Source of the DNA: a virus
Strand: one strand, 5' to 3'
IMG/VR virus record: IMGVR_UViG_3300023174_005299
Span: 1-64,000 of that record
DNA: 64,000 nt
Shown: positions 56,567-64,000 of the stretch, piece after piece
Layout: every line of letters starts with the position of its first letter
How positions within the stretch are numbered: position 1 is the first letter of the stretch
Notes under the pieces: generated by a model
Seen by the model: only the letters and a program-made list of their open reading frames with translations
Told to the model about the DNA's origin: nothing
Databases searched by the model: none
Position numbers and translations under genes: made by a program

Positions 56567-57549
56567 TCTTTACTTAAATCAATTTTCTCTAGTACGGGTA
56601 AAAAGGTGGTTCTCAAGCTGTCCATTTGCTTTCGAAGCCCAGCTGGAGTTAACTCATCTTCTACATAAAACACCACATTAAGGTCACGCCATTCTGCATA
56701 CTCTTTGCTTTTAATTGCAGTACTAAATGTCTTTTGATACCAGTCCACAATCTCGGGTGCAGTACCTTTGGGCAATTGAATACTCCAGGCAGCATACACA
56801 TTTATACCTGGTGCTACATCACGCAACAAAGGTACTGAGGGGAATTGTGGCATACGTTGTGTGCCTGTGAATCCAATGGCCTTGACCTTGCCTGCTTCTA
56901 CTAGAGGGCGTGCCACAGCAATGGGCATGACACCAAATTCTGTTCCTCCCAGTTTGGGATCAAATGATGCCACACTCATCACAGCGGGCTGTGGGCCGTT
57001 GAATTTAATGGGCTTGACTTGATCTCTGTTGCCATTACCACGTTCCATTAAAAATTCAAATGCAGTACGATGTGCACCGCCACCTACTCCAATATTAATG
57101 GGCTTTGTAGTAGTTGAAATTAACCGTACAAAGTCCTGCGGTGTGTTAACTGCACTACTGGGATGTGCCACCAATACCAATGGGCTTTTGCCCATGGTTA
57201 ACACATCAATGAAATCATCATATCGAAATTTCTTTACTGACTTTTCCCAGATGTCATTTGTGACATATGTGCTCATGTGGCTGGGCAAGTTAATTGTGTG
57301 GCCGTCGGGTGCTTCAGTTTTAAAATGATTTTGTGCGATTACGCTGTCTGCACCTGGACGATTTTCAACTACGTATACAAACTTGGGGTGACTTGTTTTT
57401 TGTACAATCTCGGCTAATTTTCTAAATGCAATTTCGTTGCCGGCTCCGGGCGTGTTGCCTACAATCACAGTGACTGGCTTTGTGGGCTGCCACTGGGCGT
57501 GGACTAAGGTGCTTGCGGTAACAAGCAATAGTGCTAATAAACGTTTCAT
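56563..57549 (-). CDS. Bug/TctC tripartite tricarboxylate transporter substrate-binding protein
   Basis: Signal peptide, PTKPVTVIVGNTPG, VVENRPGA, APDGHT, PKGTAPEI. Confidence 0.88.
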   Translation of the reverse strand: MKRLLALLLVTASTLVHAQWQPTKPVTVIVGNTPGAGNEIAFRKLAEIVQKTSHPKFVYVVENRPGADSVIAQNHFKTEAPDGHTINLPSHMSTYVTNDIWEKSVKKFRYDDFIDVLTMGKSPLVLVAHPSSAVNTPQDFVRLISTTTKPINIGVGGGAHRTAFEFLMERGNGNRDQVKPIKFNGPQPAVMSVASFDPKLGGTEFGVMPIAVARPLVEAGKVKAIGFTGTQRMPQFPSVPLLRDVAPGINVYAAWSIQLPKGTAPEIVDWYQKTFSTAIKSKEYAEWRDLNVVFYVEDELTPAGLRKQMDSLRTTFLPVLEKIDLSKE

Positions 57550-58106
57550 TTTGTTTCCTTAAAAAGTAAGTTTTCTATTTCGTCTGGAAGCCATGGCCTA
57601 TCCATGCGTTCGGGATGCCAGACCACCCCTGCCAGTGTACCATCAATCCAGGACTCAACATGTCCATCTTGATCCGTACACAGCACAGTACCTGTGGGGT
57701 GCAATTGTTGAATAGCCAGGTTGTGAAAGCTATTGACCATTACTTCTTCCCCAAAGTACATCACCAGGTGCAGTGTTTCAGAGTGGTCACCAACAGCAGC
57801 CACCACACTACCTCCCAATAAATCTGTTAACATAAATGCACCGTGACATACACCAATCACAGGTTTGTTCAGGAACATCATTTGTTTTGCAAGTTTAATT
57901 TCTGTTATTCTGCGTAAAGAACTATCATCACCACCGGTGATAACAAACGCATCTAAAGATTTGGCAATTATTTTAAAATCCTGCCCAGGATCATTTCTTA
58001 TAGGGCAGAGCGTATGTTGTTTAAAATATGAATACCATCCATGTTCAAGTGCATCATACGCTCTTCCTTGATGCCATAGGATTCGTTGACTTAATCCTAT
58101 GTGCAA
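57546..58106 (-). CDS. class I glutamine amidotransferase / peptidase C26-like
   Basis: ITGGDD, IGVCHG, VNSFH, WHPE triad. Confidence 0.88.
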   Translation of the reverse strand: MHIGLSQRILWHQGRAYDALEHGWYSYFKQHTLCPIRNDPGQDFKIIAKSLDAFVITGGDDSSLRRITEIKLAKQMMFLNKPVIGVCHGAFMLTDLLGGSVVAAVGDHSETLHLVMYFGEEVMVNSFHNLAIQQLHPTGTVLCTDQDGHVESWIDGTLAGVVWHPERMDRPWLPDEIENLLFKETK

Positions 58107-58107
58107 A

Positions 58108-58806
58108 TTACCAACCGTATGCGTCAGCTACTAGTTCACGGCCTGAATTGGCTGCAACTGTGTTTTTGCATGAAATTTCATACAAGTCACGACGCATGGC
58201 TTTTACCAAACTTTCGATACGCTCTTGCTCTTCGGCTGTGCCTACAAACTTCTCTAATGCTCTAGCACCGATCTTTGCGTGAAAACCTTCATCGCGGGCA
58301 ATTTTAGCATAAGCACCAGAGATGAATGTATCATCAATGCAACGTGCCATTTCGTCCCACACAGCTTCTGCACGGCCTTCGGCGACCAACTGATAAGCAG
58401 CCAAGGCAGCAGGATCAGTCTCAGCACTGTACTTGGCCAGCAATCCAGCACCTTTGGCAGTGGGCTTGGCGGCTTCTGCGGCAATGGCAGCGTTGACATC
58501 AACTGGGCTACCTTGAATGTGCTCAATGACTTCTTTGACTAAACGGAAGTGAATTGCTTCGTCATGTGCTTGTTGCGTTAACAATTGCAATTCAACTGGA
58601 TCTGCATCAGCTGGCATGTCAGCAATGGCACGGCTGATTTCAACCATGTTCATACGCTCGTTGACCATGCGACCAATAAAGTGCTCTACCAATTCTTCTT
58701 GAGCAGGTTTTGAATCAAAGTAAGCCTTGACATTGTGTTGGCTGGCTTTGAAAAGGGCTTGGTTGTCCTGAACCAATTTTTCTACAAACTGTTTTCCTGT
58801 AAGCAT
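58108..58806 (-). CDS. ferritin-like di-iron protein
   Basis: E...DEAIH...E...DEGFH paired ExxH motifs; AAGGAG RBS. Confidence 0.75.
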   Translation of the reverse strand: MLTGKQFVEKLVQDNQALFKASQHNVKAYFDSKPAQEELVEHFIGRMVNERMNMVEISRAIADMPADADPVELQLLTQQAHDEAIHFRLVKEVIEHIQGSPVDVNAAIAAEAAKPTAKGAGLLAKYSAETDPAALAAYQLVAEGRAEAVWDEMARCIDDTFISGAYAKIARDEGFHAKIGARALEKFVGTAEEQERIESLVKAMRRDLYEISCKNTVAANSGRELVADAYGW

Positions 58807-58902
58807 GTTGTCTCCTTAGATATATACTTAATCAAAAAACAAGAGACTGCAAAATTTTTTGCTATTTCTTGTAAAATTATTTACCTTTTTAAAAAAATTT
58901 AT

Positions 58903-59637
58903 ATGAACACCAAAATTTTTAATCTAATCCACGAAAATTTGCTTCGTGCGTTTAATTTACCCAAGTATGAAAATATTTGTGACAACATTGGACCGCATAC
59001 AATTGTGGACACGTTGCCCTGGACTCCAGCACGTTATCGCAAGTTCAAAGATGCGGTAGAAGCAGAATTGCAATTGCCTTGCGATTATGTAGGTACATTA
59101 CGCGGCATTGTAGACGATCTATCTGAACGCTACATCCTGCGTTTCTTTAGTGAGATTTGGAAGCCCAGAACCGGCGATTATGAACACACCGGATGGGAGT
59201 TGGCTGAAGAAATTAACAAGTTAAATCCTGAAAAGGTGCTAGATGTTGGCTGCGGGTATCATCCGTTTAAAGGGCGTATCAACAACCTAATTGGTATTGA
59301 TCCCTATAACAACTGTGCCGACTACGAAGTAGATATCCTAGACTACAAAGTCAAACCTGAGAGTCACGATGTCATCATGGCCTTGGGTTCAATAAACTTC
59401 AATGATCGTGCGGAAATCGAAGCACGTTTTGCACACTGTGTGAATTTACTGAAACCGGGCGGTCGATTCTATTTGCGAGCCAATCCTGGTATCACACACA
59501 AGACAGGTCCTTATGTTGAAATCTTTCCTTGGACGTTTGAAGTGGTAAATGATTTTGCAGAAACCTACAATTTACACCTAGACACATTTAAAAAAGATGC
59601 CAACGATAGACTGTATTTTGTCTACACCAAGTTGTAA
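58903..59637 (+). CDS. class I SAM-dependent methyltransferase with N-terminal extension
   Basis: VLDVGCG, GIDP, LKPGGRFY. Confidence 0.85.
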   Translation: MNTKIFNLIHENLLRAFNLPKYENICDNIGPHTIVDTLPWTPARYRKFKDAVEAELQLPCDYVGTLRGIVDDLSERYILRFFSEIWKPRTGDYEHTGWELAEEINKLNPEKVLDVGCGYHPFKGRINNLIGIDPYNNCADYEVDILDYKVKPESHDVIMALGSINFNDRAEIEARFAHCVNLLKPGGRFYLRANPGITHKTGPYVEIFPWTFEVVNDFAETYNLHLDTFKKDANDRLYFVYTKL

Positions 59638-60305
59638 TTGTTAAGTGCAGATTGTACGTGCGGCCAAAGATACTCACTGGCCGCTTGGTGTGCATGTTCC
59701 AAGGGATGCAATGTTTTGCTGATGTCAAAATTGTTGTCCTGGCTCCAGTGCAAAAAGTTCTTTCCATCAAAATCTGTTATGTAAGGACGCACTTGATTCT
59801 GCAGTTCTATGATGCTTGATGGCACATGCCAGTTTTGATCAAATATCAGTGAAGAATCCATGCAGGTCATCACAAACGGACACTTCTTTTCTTTGAGTAT
59901 GTCTATGGCCACTTTGATGTTGATCAAGGTTGTGAACTTGTCCCTAAACTCGCTGTGAAAATTTTTGTAATATGTCTTGGCTTCCGGGGAATCTGTAATT
60001 GGACAAATAGTGGTGTAATCCTTGGTGGTGCTACTGGTATCCAGGTCACCATAGTCGAATCGAGCACTGTAAGACCAACCAATCAAGAACAACGATTGTT
60101 CGTTGCTGGCAGCGTCCCTGAGTATGCAATCTAAAATTTGTAGATTTCCAGCTCCGCCCTTGGCTCGACACACATAGGGTTGCTGTAGTTTTGCAGCCGT
60201 CAATGCTGGCCATGTAAAATTGCTGGGAGTATAAGAGCCGTTGCGGCCTTCGTCAGCTAAATCTGTGCCAAAGATAAAGCTACATCCATAACTTCGTGTA
60301 ATCAT
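59622..60305 (-). CDS. SGNH-like hypothetical protein
   Basis: YGCSFIFG, GGAGN, GWS...R, HPLE.AH. Confidence 0.6.
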   Translation of the reverse strand: MITRSYGCSFIFGTDLADEGRNGSYTPSNFTWPALTAAKLQQPYVCRAKGGAGNLQILDCILRDAASNEQSLFLIGWSYSARFDYGDLDTSSTTKDYTTICPITDSPEAKTYYKNFHSEFRDKFTTLINIKVAIDILKEKKCPFVMTCMDSSLIFDQNWHVPSSIIELQNQVRPYITDFDGKNFLHWSQDNNFDISKTLHPLEHAHQAASEYLWPHVQSALNNYNLV

Positions 60306-60319
60306 AGTATATAAAAAAA

Positions 60320-60874
60320 TTATATACCAGCGATGTTCTGTAGTTGTCGAATATCTGGTTGGCGGTCAAAAATCTGCACTGGTTGTATACCAGCAGCCAC
60401 TCGCATCTCATTGAGACCTTGTTCTTTTTCTTGACGATATAGGTGCGGACTCAATGGAACCAAACGATCAAATTCTTCACGACTGAAGGGATAATCTTTG
60501 TCATTGTAATGCATGGTCCAATCCTTGGGCTCAAACTCAGTTAGAGTGGATAAATCTTCGAGTAGCTGTGCAACCCATTCTCCGGCATTGCTTCTGCGAC
60601 GCATTTCAATGTACACCAAATAACGCCCGGGCTTGATTTCTCCGGGACTTTGATCAGCATCCATGACAAAATCATAGCCTTTTTCAAACCAAGATGCCAG
60701 ATCACGAGCAGCCTGTTTGCTACGAACAAAGAAACTGATGACAATGATTTCATCATCATCACCCATTTTGCTGGCAAACTCATCTATGTGAACAGTGGGC
60801 TTTAACATGCCCTCCATGTCTTTGTATTCAAGAGCTTCAAATAGATGGAGCGATTGGTTGTTGAGGTTGTGCAT
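60320..60874 (-). CDS. hypothetical phage protein
   Basis: Well-formed ORF (IDEFASKMG, DADQSPGE); start uncertain. Confidence 0.65.
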   Translation of the reverse strand: MHNLNNQSLHLFEALEYKDMEGMLKPTVHIDEFASKMGDDDEIIVISFFVRSKQAARDLASWFEKGYDFVMDADQSPGEIKPGRYLVYIEMRRRSNAGEWVAQLLEDLSTLTEFEPKDWTMHYNDKDYPFSREEFDRLVPLSPHLYRQEKEQGLNEMRVAAGIQPVQIFDRQPDIRQLQNIAGI

Positions 60875-61439
60875 TTGGTTGTCCTGGTGCCAGCTCAGTC
60901 TGTTGTGCTTGTGCTGGCGCATTTTTAAATTCTTCTTGATCTATGTCTTTTTCGTAGGCCTGATCCAAGTCTTCAAGATCAATGGATTCGTCTTCTAGAT
61001 CAATACTGCCGGTCCTGATGTCAGTCATCAAGCTCTTGGGCATGGTGATCTCCACCAGCCAGACTGGACGCTTGATCAATCTTGCCTTGTGTGTGCCCGG
61101 AAGATAATCATCAGGATCTTCGACTTTGATTGGAATACTTATTTCGGTTTTTTTGAACTTGACTTCGCAGTCAAACGGCAATAATCTGCGACCGCCGCGG
61201 GGGTCAGGCATCAATGATGCTGGGTACATGAACGTACAACTGACCTTGTATCTGCCAATCACTGGTCCTGACACCAGCTCGCCAAGACTCCAGTTTTTAA
61301 AGGCATATAGATCCAATTCATCTAACACACGCTCAAAGTCCAAAAGGCTGAGAATACTGCCATCGCTCATGTACAGTTTTTTGATATTGTCAGCTACTAG
61401 CCAGTAGTCTGTGTGATTGCGGAAAATGTCCTTGTCCAT
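60837..61439 (-). CDS. hypothetical phage protein
   Basis: 200 aa (LLDFERVLDELDLY, MPDPRGG); preceded by TATAAATA. Confidence 0.7.
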   Translation of the reverse strand: MDKDIFRNHTDYWLVADNIKKLYMSDGSILSLLDFERVLDELDLYAFKNWSLGELVSGPVIGRYKVSCTFMYPASLMPDPRGGRRLLPFDCEVKFKKTEISIPIKVEDPDDYLPGTHKARLIKRPVWLVEITMPKSLMTDIRTGSIDLEDESIDLEDLDQAYEKDIDQEEFKNAPAQAQQTELAPGQPNAQPQQPIAPSI

Positions 61440-61444
61440 GCAAG

Positions 61445-61452
61445 TATTTATA
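61445..61452 (-). promoter_or_regulatory. T4-type late promoter TATAAATA
   Basis: Exact TATAAATA 5 nt upstream of the ATG at 61439. Confidence 0.55.
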
Positions 61453-61581
61453 CTTGCTGTAGGCTTTTGTTGTATAACAAGATTTCAGAGTTAGAATAAT
61501 ACTTAGTCGATATTAATTAGATATAACACACACGAAAACTGGCACAACAACACTCTAAATACTTGTGCAAAGGTAGCCACT

Positions 61582-62349
61582 ATGACTAAAGGAGAAATAG
61601 ATTTGAGTCGAGCAAGAGGAACCAAGGCGCAACAACGTCGTTTGTTACACCAACAAATGGAAGTCGAAAATACAATCAACTTCAAACTAGCTTCAAAACA
61701 ACAATCAAAGCGTATTGAATTAAAACCAAAATCGCTGGCACAAGAAAAGCTAATACTAAGTCTAACAGACCCCAACACATATGTAACTGTGGCTGTGGGT
61801 CCAGCGGGCACCGGAAAAAGTTATCTAGCAATGCTGGCAGCTTTGAAGGCCTTTAAATCAGGAGAATGCCAAAAAATAATTCTCACACGTCCAGCAGTGG
61901 GTGTGGAAGATGAAAAACATGGATTTTTACCCGGGGACTTAAACAAGAAAATGGAACCTTGGACTCGTCCATTACTTGACATAATGAAGGAATTTTACCA
62001 TCCCAAAGATGTCATGAAAATGATCGAAGATGAAGTCATTGAGATTTCGCCCTTGGCATTCATGCGTGGTCGAACATTTAAAAATGCCTGGATTGTGGCA
62101 GATGAAATGCAGAATGCCACGCCTAACCAAGTCAAGATGTTGTTGACCCGCATTGGGGAAAACAGCAAGATCATTGTCACTGGTGACGTTGAACAAACGG
62201 ACAAAAACACCAGCAACAATGGGTTACTAGATCTCTGCGCCAAACTCAAGGCTTCAAAGTTTGCTGGCCTAGAAGTGTGCGAGCTAGGAGTGCGCGATGT
62301 CCAGCGCCATCCAATTATAAGTTCAGTACTTCAGCTATACAGCCAATGA
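61582..62349 (+). CDS. phoH: PhoH-like ATPase
   Basis: GPAGTGKS, LTRPAV, GFLPGDL, LAFMRGRT, DEMQN, TGDVEQ, VQRHP. Confidence 0.96.
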   Translation: MTKGEIDLSRARGTKAQQRRLLHQQMEVENTINFKLASKQQSKRIELKPKSLAQEKLILSLTDPNTYVTVAVGPAGTGKSYLAMLAALKAFKSGECQKIILTRPAVGVEDEKHGFLPGDLNKKMEPWTRPLLDIMKEFYHPKDVMKMIEDEVIEISPLAFMRGRTFKNAWIVADEMQNATPNQVKMLLTRIGENSKIIVTGDVEQTDKNTSNNGLLDLCAKLKASKFAGLEVCELGVRDVQRHPIISSVLQLYSQ

Positions 62350-62350
62350 C

Positions 62351-62944
62351 CTAAGATTGACCCACAATGATTTCGTAAATCTCTCGCCAGTTTTTTACAC
62401 GAGGAACTTGTGGGTCTTCATAGTCCATGTTATGACCATGCTCCATGAGCAATGGTTTTAGTCCCACTGCTAACCCAGACTGACAGTTTGCAATCTTGTC
62501 TTCAATCCACCAAAGCCCAGTGTCGGTGTAAGGGGCCAAGGCCTCATCTTTGTCTGCTCCAGTGTCCAGGAATATGAATTTATCAAATGCTGTTTTGCCA
62601 AACAATTTGTTGAGATTCATTCTACGCAGTTCTTGTGCATTTTCATCTTTGCTGAGTGATGTGATGGCATGAAACACATACCCATGTTCCTCGTGCAAGC
62701 GTTTAATGTAGTACATGGCATCACGCAAGGGCGGTAAAAAGCCAATTGATGCTGACTCATTGAAAATTTTAATTAGTTTTTTGCCTTGGCTGCTGTCAAT
62801 ACCATATTTTTTACCAATATCATACTTGAGCTCACCGCCGGGCACTTTGTTAAAGCCGTGTTGCTGTAAATAGACGTTGAATGCATATTCCCAGTCCAGG
62901 CAAACACCATCAATGTCAGTTAGTATTACTTTGTTTTGCTTCAT
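62351..62944 (-). CDS. HAD-family 5'(3')-deoxyribonucleotidase-like protein
   Basis: TDIDGVCLD, ITS, K, WIEDK, VKNW.EI. Confidence 0.85.
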   Translation of the reverse strand: MKQNKVILTDIDGVCLDWEYAFNVYLQQHGFNKVPGGELKYDIGKKYGIDSSQGKKLIKIFNESASIGFLPPLRDAMYYIKRLHEEHGYVFHAITSLSKDENAQELRRMNLNKLFGKTAFDKFIFLDTGADKDEALAPYTDTGLWWIEDKIANCQSGLAVGLKPLLMEHGHNMDYEDPQVPRVKNWREIYEIIVGQS

Positions 62945-63215
62945 TTATTTTTTTCAAGTTGTCAATGATTGATAATTTAGATTCAATACCGTCAATGATT
63001 TTAGAATAGTGTTGGTAGTAAAAATCTCTAATTCGCTGCCATTCTTTTGGTACCTGAGTACCGGCCAAACTACATTGTAGCACAGATTGGGTTTTAAAGT
63101 CAAGAATGACGTTGGCCATTTGATAGTGTCTGGGTTTTAAACTTTTTTCCAAGGTCACTTGCTCATCCATTTTGCCATCTGGTTTGCGCACATAAGTGAT
63201 TACAAAATATCTCAT
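62916..63215 (-). CDS. hypothetical protein
   Basis: 99-aa ORF coupled to neighbours. Confidence 0.6.
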   Translation of the reverse strand: MRYFVITYVRKPDGKMDEQVTLEKSLKPRHYQMANVILDFKTQSVLQCSLAGTQVPKEWQRIRDFYYQHYSKIIDGIESKLSIIDNLKKINEAKQSNTN

Positions 63216-64000
63216 GTTAATTCAATTCCTAAAAAATCTTTGTGTTTTAAATTTCTACGCTGGTCAATGTCATTGATGTATTTGGCCAGAATATCTGGCT
63301 GTCCAGTCTTGGCCAACAATGTCAATACTGTGTCCACTCGTGATTTAAAAATTACATCCTTGGTGTAGAACTTGCTGTTTTTCAATGTGTCCCATTTGGA
63401 TTCCATTAGTTTTTTCACTGATGTTGGCAAATTTTCCACCTGTAGTTCCGGGGGATTTACTAATATATCCAAGTCCCAGTGATCTGCATAATGTTCTATA
63501 CTCACTAACTCAGGTATGCCCATGATCGATACTGCATCAACCACAGTGTTGAACATGATGGTGCAATTAATTGATTTGGCCCACTCTAAATTACGAATAA
63601 ATTTATTCCATTTTAACGGCCAGCGATGATATTCATTCACAGCACCATATGCGTCAACACTGACTGTGAGTGTGAGTTTTTTGATTTTTGCCAGCGTTTG
63701 TTCAAGTTCGTCGGTGACCGAAGTCAAGTTGGTGTTGATCACAACTTCAGGCTGTGTTTCCAATTCACTAACTGCCTTTAACACATCAATGAATGACTCA
63801 ATGATCAATGGTTCACCACCGGCCATGTAGATCTTCTTAGATTTTAGTATGTCACTAAGTGACCATGGGGGAGTGTGTTTTGCAACAGTGACTTCTAGTT
63901 CTTTGGCCCAAAGGCTGCTGTGCCTGGGTCCACATCCAATACAGGCTAGATTGCATTTGTTGTCATACCGCAGATCATAAAACCAAATTTGATCCGGGCT
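63212..64000 (-). CDS. radical SAM protein (5' end beyond the window)
   Basis: Frame is open to the window edge: KCNLACIGCGPRHSSLW then AGGEP, NTN, VSVDA. Confidence 0.88.
   Translation of the reverse strand, partial: SPDQIWFYDLRYDNKCNLACIGCGPRHSSLWAKELEVTVAKHTPPWSLSDILKSKKIYMAGGEPLIIESFIDVLKAVSELETQPEVVINTNLTSVTDELEQTLAKIKKLTLTVSVDAYGAVNEYHRWPLKWNKFIRNLEWAKSINCTIMFNTVVDAVSIMGIPELVSIEHYADHWDLDILVNPPELQVENLPTSVKKLMESKWDTLKNSKFYTKDVIFKSRVDTVLTLLAKTGQPDILAKYINDIDQRRNLKHKDFLGIELT

Noticed and set aside
1-64000. Stop-codon reassignment, as seen in some large phages
   Set aside because: Conserved genes are full length and tightly packed under the standard code

Overview
64-kb segment of a large dsDNA phage genome, most likely a T4-like or jumbo myovirus of a Gram-negative aquatic host (inferred from spanins, a GH19 endolysin and a Bug/TctC protein). 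It is densely coding, mostly on the minus strand, in the standard genetic code. Blocks: (i) 0-13 kb: metK plus a 7-deazaguanine DNA-modification cluster (folE, queD, queE, a DpdL-like QueD paralog with LxxxHRHxF, a DpdA/TGT-like transglycosylase; no queC in the window), interleaved with glycosyltransferases, galE, a methyltransferase, HIT and MazG-like genes. (ii) 13-22 kb: sliding clamp, family-B DNA polymerase, ahcY, radical SAM, SDR. (iii) 22-35 kb: modular 'polyvalent' proteins, several with an N-terminal M-R/K-A-x-E/D-F leader resembling the T4 capsid-targeting sequence, built from modules separated by QGVAE/xxE linkers that resemble prohead-protease sites. (iv) 36-40 kb: ClpA and DnaJ. 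(v) 41-51 kb: Asn-rich and Pro-rich exported proteins, desaturase, Asp/Glu racemase with transporter and binding protein, lysis genes. (vi) 51-64 kb: APS-kinase/nucleotidyltransferase fusion with sulfotransferase-like, oxygenase, Bug, amidotransferase and ferritin-like genes, then PhoH and a HAD nucleotidase. Three intergenic leaders (queD, DNA polymerase, ahcY) fold into candidate regulatory RNAs. All assignments come from motif recognition by eye; no database searches were run.
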